DNA from: an uncultured Gammaproteobacteria bacterium
Lineage (GTDB): Bacteria; Patescibacteriota; Microgenomatia; UBA1406; HO2-37-13b
Direction: 5' to 3'
Length of the DNA stretch: 64,000 nucleotides
Assembly (NCBI GenBank): GCA_964612595.1
Contig: CAZTFB010000002.1
Coordinates: 252,933 to 316,932, forward strand
This document shows positions 8,913 to 17,659 of this stretch, in pieces (positions within the stretch are counted from its first letter, which is position 1; each line of letters begins with the position of its first letter). The position numbers and the translations under genes are program-made. Below the pieces are notes generated by a model. The model was not told the DNA's origin and ran no database searches. It worked only from the letters and a program-made list of their open reading frames with translations.

Positions 8913-8953
8913 CTATATTATACTATAGGGAAAAGCCCTATAGTATAATATAG
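8913..8953. repeat. perfect 18-bp inverted repeat (CTATATTATACTATAGGG / CCCTATAGTATAATATAG) with 5-nt spacer
   Basis: Read directly from the sequence: arms at 8913-8930 and 8936-8953. It fills the gap between the stop of 8958..10427 and the prfB start. Each arm contains TATAAT on one strand. Confidence 0.7.
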
Positions 8954-8957
8954 GGCT

Positions 8958-10427
8958 TTACTGAATATCAGCGCCGATAATGAATACCGCGTCGGCTGTA
9001 TCCTCTTCATCGAGCGTGGCAGCCTCTTTAAGAGTGGCAAAATCTTCAAGGTCATCTTTAAGCAAAACAAATGCGTCTTTTTTATCCTCTTTTACCTGAA
9101 TCTCAGATGTTGCATAATCAAAGTTATCTGCATTCCCCGTTATAACATCAGTATAGCCAGCATCCTGAAGTGCCTCTTTAATTTCTGAAGCTTTGCCTTT
9201 TACTCCTGAGCCATTAAGTATTTTTACCTTGATGTCCTCTCTTTTGACCGAAGGCGTAGGTTCTGGGGCTTCTGTTGGCTCAGGAGTTGGAGATGCTTCG
9301 GCTTGTTTACTATTGTCTGTCTTTTGAAAAGGAAGTTGGAATTTAAGACTGGATATATTCATATTCGAAAATCCAAAGATAAGGCCGAACGAAAGCCCAA
9401 ATGAAACGAGGAACATGCCAATTGTTTTCATATTGAATATACCCGCTAAAAAGGACATGTTAACCGAAGATGTGCCTACTCTATTCATGCTAACAGGTGT
9501 AAGGTTTGCTTTGGTAAGTGTAAAGTCCTTGTTTTCTTGTGAAAAGATAAAAGCACCGAAACATGCATCGTATTCGAGCACGGGGAAAATTGTCGTGGTG
9601 TTTGCGATGATGAGTTTTAAATAGTCCTGATAAAAATTATCGATAATTTTTTCGAGAGGATTTGTCCATGCACCAACATCTTTTGTAAAAAGGTCCTGTC
9701 TAACTTTTTTTGATTCTGTTCCAGAGAGAATAAGTCGATTTACTTTTGCATCTTCTTTGTTAAGCTCATCAATCTTCTTTTTAATCGCAGGTTTAATATC
9801 ATCATCGAATATAAATCGTTCACCTGAAATAAGACCGAGAGAGTCAAAAAGATAGCCAAATGAATGTTCTTCTCTATATACTCCGTAAATAATTTTTTCT
9901 TTTTTGTCTTTACGAAGCGTTTTCTCAAAAAGTTTGTAGTAGGCAAGTGTTTCTGGGATGATTTTAATCAATTTGAGTTGCAATAAGCGACAAACCTGTT
10001 GATACTCTAAAAAGACCTCTTTTTTCAGCGCATAAAAAAGTACCACACTTTCTTGCTCCTGGTGTGCTATGATAAAGTCCGCTTGTTCAGAATCGATAGA
10101 GATTTGCAGTTCAGCACGAACCTTATCTTTAATAAATGGCATTATGGCAGTCTCTGAGATGTCGGCAGGTATATTAAAGCGACCGTATGTAAAGACTTCT
10201 TGGGGGAGGATGAGTGTAACGTCCTTTTCATTAACAACCTGAGGTTGTGCATTAGTCAATCCCTCCTTAATCGCACTGGCTACCAGATCGATACTCGATA
10301 TGGCTCCGTCATGAATAAGGTCAGAGCTGTGCGTTTTGGAGAAAAGCGTAGGATTAAACTGACCTAATATAGTTTTCGATAGGCTAAGCAGCTTGATAGA
10401 ACGCTTCCCTATATACAAATAGATCAT
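8958..10427 (-). CDS. membrane protein with C-terminal LytR_C (cell-envelope-related attenuator C-terminal) domain
   Basis: The C-terminal IKVKILNGSGVKGKASEIKEALQDAGYTDVITGNADNFDYATSEIQV fits the LytR_C pattern. There is a TM helix near residue 335. The N-terminal ~320 aa cytoplasmic domain may be PilM/actin-like (weak). Confidence 0.5.
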   Translation of the reverse strand: MIYLYIGKRSIKLLSLSKTILGQFNPTLFSKTHSSDLIHDGAISSIDLVASAIKEGLTNAQPQVVNEKDVTLILPQEVFTYGRFNIPADISETAIMPFIKDKVRAELQISIDSEQADFIIAHQEQESVVLFYALKKEVFLEYQQVCRLLQLKLIKIIPETLAYYKLFEKTLRKDKKEKIIYGVYREEHSFGYLFDSLGLISGERFIFDDDIKPAIKKKIDELNKEDAKVNRLILSGTESKKVRQDLFTKDVGAWTNPLEKIIDNFYQDYLKLIIANTTTIFPVLEYDACFGAFIFSQENKDFTLTKANLTPVSMNRVGTSSVNMSFLAGIFNMKTIGMFLVSFGLSFGLIFGFSNMNISSLKFQLPFQKTDNSKQAEASPTPEPTEAPEPTPSVKREDIKVKILNGSGVKGKASEIKEALQDAGYTDVITGNADNFDYATSEIQVKEDKKDAFVLLKDDLEDFATLKEAATLDEEDTADAVFIIGADIQ

Positions 10428-10482
10428 ATAATTACATCTTACGAACTACCGGAACAAAATACAAGCCGTATTTAACTAAACT

Positions 10483-11232
10483 TTACACGCGGAAAAACGT
10501 CCCAACAAGATAAGCTACTCCTGCAGAAATACTGCCAATCATAACTGTTTCGCCAACAGAACGCAGGAAACTTTGATTGGTAACCTTCCAGCGAAGCAGA
10601 CCAAGCGTTAAAAGCGCTGCAAAGGTGAAGGTAAGCGACAAGACAAACTCATTTCCAAGAGCTCCTCGGAAAAGGACATAAGGAACAAGTGGAATAAGTC
10701 CAAAGATCATAAATGATGTAGCGGTGACGATACCGGTTAGCAGTGGATTTTCACTGAGTGGGTTAGTCATTTCGAGTTCTTCTTTCATCATAAATTCAGT
10801 CCAATACTCATTATTTGTTGCGTACAGTTCTGTTATTTGATCGGCTTGCTCTTTAGTAAAGCCTTTTGCGACAAGCATATGTCGTGTCTCTGCTTTTTCA
10901 AATGCAGTATTGTGTTCAATTTCATGTCGTTCTTTTTTTTGCTCTTTTTTATACACATCCTGATCAGCTCGTACCGAAAGAAAGTTGCCAAGCCCCATAG
11001 AACTTGCGTCACCGAACAGATTAGCAAAGCCAAAAAGTAGCACGGTGACGATAGGAATAGAAGCATCAACGCCACCAGCTTGAGCTCCAGAGAATCCTGC
11101 AACAACAGCGAATGTGGTAACAATGCCATCGATGCCGCCGTAGACGATTTCTTTTAGATAGGTCGAAAATGGTGAAATTTCGTGTTCGTGTTGGAGATGT
11201 ACACTAAATTCTTCAGAGGTTAGTTTTTTCAT
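10483..11232 (-). CDS. VIT1/CCC1-family iron/manganese transporter
   Basis: YLKEIVYGGIDGIVTTFAVVAGFSGA motif, a central cytoplasmic helical segment rich in Glu/Lys, and three C-terminal TM helices. Confidence 0.8.
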   Translation of the reverse strand: MKKLTSEEFSVHLQHEHEISPFSTYLKEIVYGGIDGIVTTFAVVAGFSGAQAGGVDASIPIVTVLLFGFANLFGDASSMGLGNFLSVRADQDVYKKEQKKERHEIEHNTAFEKAETRHMLVAKGFTKEQADQITELYATNNEYWTEFMMKEELEMTNPLSENPLLTGIVTATSFMIFGLIPLVPYVLFRGALGNEFVLSLTFTFAALLTLGLLRWKVTNQSFLRSVGETVMIGSISAGVAYLVGTFFRV

Positions 11233-11240
11233 GTAAAAAT

Positions 11241-11429
11241 CTATCGTGAAAACTTATCAGTACAGACATAATAGATAACCAGTAGCATCATTGGCATTGT
11301 TGTGGCAAGGGTAATGTATTCATTCATCACATCACCCTCACTGTGAACAATGTTGTTGAGTGCGTTCCAATTCAACAATAATATGCCGACAGTGAGTACG
11401 GCTATGAGAGTAACTTTAATGTACCCCAT
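11241..11429 (-). CDS. small hypothetical membrane protein
   Basis: 62-aa ORF with two hydrophobic helices, 8 nt upstream of the VIT gene. No other support. Confidence 0.25.
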   Translation of the reverse strand: MGYIKVTLIAVLTVGILLLNWNALNNIVHSEGDVMNEYITLATTMPMMLLVIYYVCTDKFSR

Positions 11430-11559
11430 ACCTTATATTGTAACGCACAATGACGTGAGGCGTGTGACTTGAAAAACGGTACTTGTATTTTTGTAGAAAT
11501 CGCGCACAATAAATATATAGTCGTTATCTACGACTCGGAGCGAAAGGGGGTGAAAACGT

Positions 11560-11769
11560 ATGAAGAACATGCACACCATCACGTTCCTGCTCATGGCTGT
11601 CGGAGCATTAAACTGGGGTCTTGTTGGCCTTTTTGATTTTAACCTCGTGAATACAGTTTTGGGTTCAATGCCAATGGTTGAAAAATTAGTCTATATTCTT
11701 GTTGGACTTTCAGCGGCAAACGAACTTGTCCTGCATAAACAGATTTGCAAGCTTTGTGGAGGTAAATAA
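11560..11769 (+). CDS. DUF378-family small membrane protein
   Basis: ITFLLMAVGALNWGLVGLFDFNLV is the DUF378 hallmark. The SD-like AAGGGGGTGA ends 6 nt upstream of the ATG. Confidence 0.7.
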   Translation: MKNMHTITFLLMAVGALNWGLVGLFDFNLVNTVLGSMPMVEKLVYILVGLSAANELVLHKQICKLCGGK

Positions 11770-11795
11770 GGAGTTTATGAGAGAAATGTATTGAG

Positions 11796-11830
11796 AAGGT
11801 GCTGGGCGTAAACTCAGCATCTTTTCTTGT
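11796..11830 (+). terminator. hairpin plus T-run after the DUF378 gene (convergent junction)
   Basis: AAGGTGCTG (11796-11804) pairs with CAGCATCTT (11815-11823) with one G-U pair and a 10-nt loop, followed by TTTTCTTGTT. Confidence 0.5.
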
Positions 11831-11832
11831 TG

Positions 11833-12267
11833 CTAGTCAGAGGTAAGTCGTTTCACCATCACAACATGCGGGATGCCGACTTCCTCAAACTCATCACCTA
11901 TTTGAGTATACCCAAGCTTTTCGTAAAAGTTTTTGACGTGCGATTGCGCATCCAAATATATTTCTGAAACGCCGAGTTCTCGTAGGTGTTCATCGATTTT
12001 CATCATAATATCTTTCCCCACGCCTTTTCCTCTGTATTTAGGAATGACAGACACCCGCTCTATTTTTGCGCGGTTCGCATCGTCTGGAAACCGAACTCTG
12101 GCTGCCCCAACAGGCCCCTCATCGTACGCAACAAAGTGAAGAGCATGGTCGTCATTGTCATCGAAGTCTAAAGCTTCATCGATACACTGTTCAATTTGAA
12201 AGACAAGTTTGCGCACAAGTTTTGCATCCTCGACTTCTTGGGGTGTTGAAGCGTGCTTAACATGCAT
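11833..12267 (-). CDS. GNAT-family N-acetyltransferase
   Basis: Acetyl-CoA binding motif A (YRGKGVGKDIMMKI) in a 144-aa ORF of typical GNAT size. Confidence 0.85.
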   Translation of the reverse strand: MHVKHASTPQEVEDAKLVRKLVFQIEQCIDEALDFDDNDDHALHFVAYDEGPVGAARVRFPDDANRAKIERVSVIPKYRGKGVGKDIMMKIDEHLRELGVSEIYLDAQSHVKNFYEKLGYTQIGDEFEEVGIPHVVMVKRLTSD

Positions 12268-12271
12268 AGAA

Positions 12272-12733
12272 TTATTGAGAAGAATTTTCGCAGATTTCCT
12301 TGAGTTTTACGAGTGCCTTTTCCCACATGTCGGAAAACATTTGCAAGTATTCATCTTCAACATCCATATCGATAGTAAGTTCTGTGCCGCCGTCTTTTTC
12401 GGTAAACGTATAGTTTTCAAATGCTGGCGACCATTTTCTTGCTTCTTCGCTTGTTGTATCTTCAATACCGTTTTTTATGATGCCACGATGTTCGATAGAC
12501 ATAAATGTGTACTCTCTGTTTTCAGCAACACGGCTTACCATACCGCCTTCTTCACCAGTCTCTGGATCTGGTCCCAAAAAAAGCATCTTTGAGCCTTGGC
12601 TCCAGTCACCTTTATAGTATGAGCCGGGGTTAAATGCGGCTGTCCAATCTTTATATGAGTCGAGATCAAGCATCTTGTGCCAGACTGTTTCCTTCGGAGC
12701 GTTTATTTGTGTAGAAAGATGCATCTTTTGCAT
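12272..12733 (-). CDS. SRPBCC/AHSA1-like (START-fold) protein
   Basis: 153 aa. INAPKETVWHKMLDLDSYKDWTAAFNPGS...WSQGSKMLF fits the pattern of Aha1/polyketide-cyclase-like SRPBCC proteins. Confidence 0.6.
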   Translation of the reverse strand: MQKMHLSTQINAPKETVWHKMLDLDSYKDWTAAFNPGSYYKGDWSQGSKMLFLGPDPETGEEGGMVSRVAENREYTFMSIEHRGIIKNGIEDTTSEEARKWSPAFENYTFTEKDGGTELTIDMDVEDEYLQMFSDMWEKALVKLKEICENSSQ

Positions 12734-12737
12734 AAAA

Positions 12738-12926
12738 TTATCCTCTAATCCCTAAAAATGAGCCTAAAAGAATAAGTAAAGATACAATTATAAAGATAAG
12801 TATGCTAATGAAAGCCTGTCCAAAAAGGTTGTATCCGACAACAGCTAATGCCCGCTTCCATAGCTTGTCTGATACGAGCCAACCTTTGTATGAAAATGTA
12901 TCCATCGTTATGGTAAATGATATCAA
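12738..12926 (-). CDS. small hypothetical membrane protein
   Basis: 62-aa ORF with a C-terminal TM helix (FISILIFIIVSLLILLGSFLG), 4 nt upstream of the SRPBCC gene. Confidence 0.25.
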   Translation of the reverse strand: MISFTITMDTFSYKGWLVSDKLWKRALAVVGYNLFGQAFISILIFIIVSLLILLGSFLGIRG

Positions 12927-12965
12927 ATTAGTTAACGAACATTATACTGCGATATAATAGGTGAG

Positions 12966-13331
12966 ATGAAAGAGTTATTTGATGAAATTATTGAGGAAGC
13001 AGCGGATTTTTTTGAGGATCTTTGGGAACATCTTGCGCATAAGCCACTACATAAGCCATCAAAGCAAAAGCACATTGTCAAGGATGGGGTAATGATGACG
13101 GTACGACCTGCATATGCATTTGCAGAGCGCGTCGACAATCTTTTAAAGTTGGTTTTTGGTGTGTCTATTGTTATTTCTGCTATCACAGCAACCTACCTTG
13201 GTTTTGCCTCAGTTACTGATCTACTAAAGATTCTCATATTCTCAATCCCAGGGAGGATATTATTAGGGGTAATTGGAGTGAGCTATATGACGCTTGCCTT
13301 ATGGAAGCTGCTTCATATTGAGAAGGTATGA
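12966..13331 (+). CDS. hypothetical membrane protein
   Basis: 121-aa ORF with two C-terminal hydrophobic helices. No family recognised. Confidence 0.3.
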   Translation: MKELFDEIIEEAADFFEDLWEHLAHKPLHKPSKQKHIVKDGVMMTVRPAYAFAERVDNLLKLVFGVSIVISAITATYLGFASVTDLLKILIFSIPGRILLGVIGVSYMTLALWKLLHIEKV

Positions 13332-13335
13332 AGTT

Positions 13336-13566
13336 CTAGCGTCTTCCCAAGCTACTTTCAAACTCCGCCTTTGTCATACTGGCTTGGCGAAGAATGCTTC
13401 TAAGTGTGCCTTTAGCTATTATTTTATGGTTGGGTACTATAACGGTATATATCTTACCTTCAAAGATGCCTCGTAGCTTTATATGACTACCTTTCTGAGA
13501 GACTCTTTCAAATCCGACTTTCTTGAGAGCTTTTAAAACGGTTCTTGCGGAGTACAGGTCAGACAT
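13336..13566 (-). CDS. hicA: type II toxin HicA (mRNA interferase)
   Basis: 76 aa. ARTVLKALKKVGFERVSQKGSHIKLR is the HicA/YcfA signature, including the catalytic-region His. Confidence 0.8.
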   Translation of the reverse strand: MSDLYSARTVLKALKKVGFERVSQKGSHIKLRGIFEGKIYTVIVPNHKIIAKGTLRSILRQASMTKAEFESSLGRR

Positions 13567-13801
13567 ATCGAATATCTAATTTTTCCAAAGATATGTCCTG
13601 ATATGCTTCGTTATTATTTGTCGTTGAGTTGTCTTCAAAATAGAGCTCTAATGCTTCTTTTAAGTTATTGAGTGCATCTATTTTTGTTGTGCCCTGACTA
13701 GCAACTTCAACTTCAACAGCTTGTGCAATATACATATCATTCTCTTTCCACGTAAGAGCAGATATTTTTCGAAACAAATTATTTACTTTTGTCATGAACA
13801 T
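13559..13801 (-). CDS. hicB: HicB-like antitoxin (small, UPF0150-type, no DNA-binding tail)
   Basis: ISALTWKENDMYIAQAVEVEVASQGTTKIDALNNLKEALELYFED fits the HicB N-terminal fold. It overlaps hicA by 8 nt. I placed the start at the Met of MFMTKV because the longer tracked ORF (to 13927) runs into the tRNA gene. Confidence 0.7.
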   Translation of the reverse strand: MFMTKVNNLFRKISALTWKENDMYIAQAVEVEVASQGTTKIDALNNLKEALELYFEDNSTTNNNEAYQDISLEKLDIRYV

Positions 13802-13894
13802 ATTATACCTGTTAATGTACAGGTTGAAAATTAAGAAAGTATTAAGTGGTTGAGCGTAACGGCTTTTTGTTTTGATTTTTGAGTAATGACTGTG

Positions 13895-13977
13895 TCCAGG
13901 GGGAAGGATTCGAACCTTCGTAGGCAATTGCCAGCAGATTTACAGTCTGCCCTCGTTGGCCGCTTGAGTACCCCTGG
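13895..13977 (-). tRNA. tRNA-Tyr (anticodon GTA), type II with long variable arm, no encoded CCA
   Basis: I folded the minus strand by hand. Acceptor CCAGGGG/CCCCTGG; 3-bp D stem CTC/GAG; anticodon stem GCAGA/TCTGC with loop CTGTAAA; variable arm GGCA..TGCC; T arm GAAGG-TTCGAAT-CCTTC; discriminator A. Total 83 nt. Confidence 0.9.
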
Positions 13978-14025
13978 TATTGCTGTTTATTGCAAAGCAG
14001 CAAGCAAAATTATAGCATAAGAAGT

Positions 14026-15024
14026 ATGAATATTGGCTTCTTTGAAGTAGATGAATGGGAAATTCCAATTATTAAGCGACACTTTCCCCATGCATTAATC
14101 TCCTCAGAGAAGCTCTTGCCCGAAAATGCGAAGAAATATGTGCATTTAGAGGCCATTTCAACGTTTATTTATTCGCAACTACCGTCTTCGACCTTGGTAC
14201 AATTTCCAAAACTTCAATGTATTGCCACAAGGTCGACAGGATATGATCATATTGACGTAAAGTATTGTGCGCGGAACGAAATTGCCGTTTATAACGTACC
14301 CCGTTATGGCGATCGAACAGTCGCTGAGTTTACGTTTGCCTTGCTTTTATCGCTTACGCGTCGGATGTATGAATCCGTCGCTATGACTAAATTGGGCAGC
14401 TTTGATCACAATGCCCTCACAGGTGTTGATGTGCATAAGAAAACCATAGGCATTATTGGATTTGGAAAAATTGGTCAAGAGGTCGCTAAAATTGCTCGTG
14501 GATTCGACATGAAGATCCTCGTCTATAACCGAAGCCATGATCAAGCGCTTGAAAAGGAGCTTGGTTTTAAATATGTTGAGCTCAATTTTCTTCTTGAGCA
14601 CGCCGATATCGTCACACTCCATCTCCCACTTCTTCCAGAAACAAAGCACTTTATTAATAAAAAAAACATCCTCAAAATGAAAAAGGGATCATTTCTTATT
14701 AATACGGCGCGTGGAGGTCTTGTTGAAACAGAAGCCATCATTATCGGACTTGAAAAAAACATACTGGCTGGTGTAGGACTTGATGTGCTCGAGGAAGAAG
14801 CAGCTCTCGGTGAGGAGGCCGAGCTTATGTCGCCAGAATTTAGAAAAAAAGTCGATCTTCAAACGCTCGTTATGGATCACGTGCTTGTTAGGCACCCTAA
14901 AGTTATTGTGACACCCCATAACGCTTTTAATACGAAGGAAGCCATACACACTATACTCACTACGACTCTACATAACATTTCTGCACATATCCATGGAACT
15001 CCCGAGAACACCGTTTCAGTTTAA
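14026..15024 (+). CDS. D-isomer-specific 2-hydroxyacid dehydrogenase (D-lactate dehydrogenase-like)
   Basis: NAD-binding GIIGFGKIGQEVAKIA, catalytic-region NTARGGLV and TPHNAFNT. The N-terminus MNIGFFEVDEWE is typical of the family, so the ATG at 14026 is preferred over the tracked TTG at 13990. Confidence 0.85.
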   Translation: MNIGFFEVDEWEIPIIKRHFPHALISSEKLLPENAKKYVHLEAISTFIYSQLPSSTLVQFPKLQCIATRSTGYDHIDVKYCARNEIAVYNVPRYGDRTVAEFTFALLLSLTRRMYESVAMTKLGSFDHNALTGVDVHKKTIGIIGFGKIGQEVAKIARGFDMKILVYNRSHDQALEKELGFKYVELNFLLEHADIVTLHLPLLPETKHFINKKNILKMKKGSFLINTARGGLVETEAIIIGLEKNILAGVGLDVLEEEAALGEEAELMSPEFRKKVDLQTLVMDHVLVRHPKVIVTPHNAFNTKEAIHTILTTTLHNISAHIHGTPENTVSV

Positions 15025-15057
15025 TTTTTCTCTACTCTATGCTACAATTGCCATACT

Positions 15058-16194
15058 ATGACAGTTGTAAAGAGCGAATTTTTTCTCGCATTAAACCAGG
15101 TTGCAACAGAAAGAGGAATATCCCCTCAAGACGTTGTTGATTCAATAAAAGCTGCAGTATTAGCCGCCTATCTTAAGGATTATGGTAAAAAACACAATGT
15201 TGAAGAAGAAGGTGCAGAAACTTCAGAGGAAGAAACAGAAGACGCAGCAAGCAATCTTGAGGTAAAAATAAACCAAGACTCAGGTGAAATGCACATAATT
15301 GAAGATGAGAAAGATATTACTCCTCCAGGATTTGGCCGCATAGCAGCTCAAACTGCGCGTCAGGTTATTCTCCAACAGATACGTGAAGCTGAAAAACGTC
15401 ATATAGTTCAACACTACACGGGCCAGGTAGGCACAATAATTCGAGGCAGAGTTATTCGCTTTGAAGGAAGATTTGTGTCTTTCGATATTGGTAAGGCTGA
15501 AGGAGTGCTTCCTGTTGAGGAGCAGATTCGCAACGAACAGTATCGCCTTAACGATACGCTTACTGTCTATATCAAGGAAATTAAAGAAGATCATTTCGGC
15601 AATTCACGCATTATTCTTTCACGTGCACATCCGAACCTTGTAAATGAGCTTTTTGCTAAAGAGGTGCCTGAAATTGCAAGCGGGACCGTAAAAATCTACC
15701 GAGTTGTGCGTGAACCAGGTGATCGTACAAAAATCGCCGTACATTCTGATCAACAGGGAGTTGATCCAGTGGGTGCGTGTGTTGGCCAAAAGGGTATACG
15801 CGTTAAGTCTGTAACTGATGAGCTGGGAGGAAATGAAAAAATCGATATTATTCAGTACAGTGAGGATGACGAGACATTTATTCGTGAGGCGCTTTCACCT
15901 GCAACAGTTGAAGCTATTAATCTTGATAAACAAAATAAAAGGGCTGAAGTTACCGTCACCGAAGAACAAGCTCCTCTCGCAATAGGGCGAGGCGGAGTAA
16001 ATGTTAATTTAGCTTCAAAACTTGTTGATTACGAGCTTGATATTGTCCAAATCCAAGGAGACAAAAAAATTGAGGTAACACCGGATATTGTTGAAGAAGT
16101 CGAAGCTCCTACCGAAGAACCCGCAGTTGACGAAGAAGAAGCTGCTCCTACCCAAACAGATATCGAACCAGCGTCAGAAAAAGAGTCGGCGTAA
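15058..16194 (+). CDS. nusA: transcription termination/antitermination factor NusA
   Basis: N-terminal domain, S1 domain (GRVIRFEGRFVSFDIGKAEGVLP) and two KH motifs (GACVGQKGIRVKSV, AIGRGGVNVNLASKL). There is an acidic insertion and an acidic tail. Confidence 0.9.
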   Translation: MTVVKSEFFLALNQVATERGISPQDVVDSIKAAVLAAYLKDYGKKHNVEEEGAETSEEETEDAASNLEVKINQDSGEMHIIEDEKDITPPGFGRIAAQTARQVILQQIREAEKRHIVQHYTGQVGTIIRGRVIRFEGRFVSFDIGKAEGVLPVEEQIRNEQYRLNDTLTVYIKEIKEDHFGNSRIILSRAHPNLVNELFAKEVPEIASGTVKIYRVVREPGDRTKIAVHSDQQGVDPVGACVGQKGIRVKSVTDELGGNEKIDIIQYSEDDETFIREALSPATVEAINLDKQNKRAEVTVTEEQAPLAIGRGGVNVNLASKLVDYELDIVQIQGDKKIEVTPDIVEEVEAPTEEPAVDEEEAAPTQTDIEPASEKESA

Positions 16195-16213
16195 TTAATT
16201 GTCGATACAGACT

Positions 16214-17659
16214 ATGTCACAAAAATATAGACCACCGGTTGTTGTTGTATTAGGCCATGTAGATCATGGAAAGACGACATTGCTTGATTATATTCGTAAG
16301 ACGACGGTTACCGCACGTGAAGCGGGTGGTATTACCCAGTCCATCGGTGCCTACGAAGCAGAAACAGCCATTGATGGCTACCATACAAAAAACATTACCT
16401 TTATTGATACTCCTGGACATGAGGCCTTTACAAAACTTCGTATGCGTGGAGCACAAGCAGCAGATATAGCTATTTTGATTGTTGATGCGACATCAACCGT
16501 TATGCCTCAGACTATTGAGTCCATTACCCATATTAACGAGGCAAAAATACCGTTCATCGTTGCAATGAATAAAACAGACCTTCAAACCGCAAATACTTCG
16601 CGCGTAAAACAGGATTTAGCTAAAAACGGCGTCCAGGTTGAGGGATTTGGGGGAACAACGCCTGTTGTAGAGATTTCGGCTAAAACAGGACATGGCGTCA
16701 ATGATTTGCTTGAGGGAGTACTCTATATTGCCTCAGAAAAGAATCTGATGTACGATGAGCATGCTGATCTTGAAGCTTTCGTTATCGAGACGCAGCAGGA
16801 AAAGTCGGGTATTACTGTTTCATGTATCATAAAAAACGGTTTGCTTCGTGTTGGTGAAACAGTCTATGCAGGTTCAAAAGAGGCTAAAATAAAGGCACTA
16901 ATTAATGATCGAGGCGTTCAGGTAAAAGAAGTGCATCCATCAATGCCATTTTTGCTTTTAGGCCTCAGCGAAATTCCAGAAGTAGGTATTCTGCTTTCAA
17001 AAACACCTCCAGAGCATATTGATAAGCCAAAAGCAGCATTTGTACCTCACGATTTTACAGGATTCTTTGATGAGGAAGGTAAAAAACTACGACTTGTTAT
17101 TAAGGCTGAATCACAAGGCTCACTTGATGCCCTCTTGCCTAATCTGCTAAAAAGCGAGTCAATAGAAATAGTTTTATCAGGCATAGGCGAAATCGCTAAT
17201 TCAGATATATTTCTGGCAAAAGTCGCAAAAGCAGTTGTTATTGGTTTTAACGTAAAGCCAAATAAGCAGATTGAATATGTTGCAAAGCAGGAGAAGGTTG
17301 TCATAAAGACCTATAATATTATCTATAAACTGCTTGAGGAGCTTCATGAGGTGGGTGATTTACTAAAAGAGCGCGAAGATAAAGAAAAAAGCTTCAAAGG
17401 TGAGGCTAAAGTGGTCACTATGTTTACTATTGATGGTAGTAAAATTGCAGGTGTTAAAGTTCTAAAAGGACGTCTCGACGTACATGATCGAGTTGAAGTC
17501 TTCCGAGAGGGTCGCTCCCAAGGTGAATCTCTACTTTCATCTATTAAACAGCGCGCCAAAACAGTCAAAGAGGTCAAAAAAGACGATGAAGCAGGATTGC
17601 TTTTTGACCCCCAACTTGACATACTCCAGGGTGATGTGATAAAATCTTATAGTATATGA
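16214..17659 (+). CDS. infB: translation initiation factor IF-2, minimal form starting at the G domain
   Basis: G1 GHVDHGKTTLLD, G3 DTPGHEAF and G4 NKTD begin within 15 residues of the N-terminus. It lies downstream of nusA. The tracked ORF starts at a TTG at 16199; the first ATG is at 16214. Confidence 0.9.
   Translation: MSQKYRPPVVVVLGHVDHGKTTLLDYIRKTTVTAREAGGITQSIGAYEAETAIDGYHTKNITFIDTPGHEAFTKLRMRGAQAADIAILIVDATSTVMPQTIESITHINEAKIPFIVAMNKTDLQTANTSRVKQDLAKNGVQVEGFGGTTPVVEISAKTGHGVNDLLEGVLYIASEKNLMYDEHADLEAFVIETQQEKSGITVSCIIKNGLLRVGETVYAGSKEAKIKALINDRGVQVKEVHPSMPFLLLGLSEIPEVGILLSKTPPEHIDKPKAAFVPHDFTGFFDEEGKKLRLVIKAESQGSLDALLPNLLKSESIEIVLSGIGEIANSDIFLAKVAKAVVIGFNVKPNKQIEYVAKQEKVVIKTYNIIYKLLEELHEVGDLLKEREDKEKSFKGEAKVVTMFTIDGSKIAGVKVLKGRLDVHDRVEVFREGRSQGESLLSSIKQRAKTVKEVKKDDEAGLLFDPQLDILQGDVIKSYSI

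Noticed and set aside
12209-12592. 127-aa + strand ORF across the GNAT/SRPBCC genes; similar long antisense ORFs at 42640..43041, 55724..56122, 35965..36435, 22081..22485 and 60691..61050
   Set aside because: Each lies antisense to, or out of frame within, a gene with clear family motifs. None has its own recognisable motif or RBS.
13802-13927. N-terminal extension of the tracked 122-aa ORF 13559..13927
   Set aside because: The extension overlaps the tRNA-Tyr gene (13895-13977) and encodes no HicB-like sequence. The HicB homology starts after the internal Met at 13801.
13900-14030. Strand switch (minus-strand genes to the left, plus-strand genes to the right) as a possible replication origin
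   Set aside because: There is no dnaA/dnaN and I saw no cluster of DnaA-box-like 9-mers. Gene orientation becomes mixed again after about 23.7 kb, and I could not compute GC skew. The evidence is insufficient.
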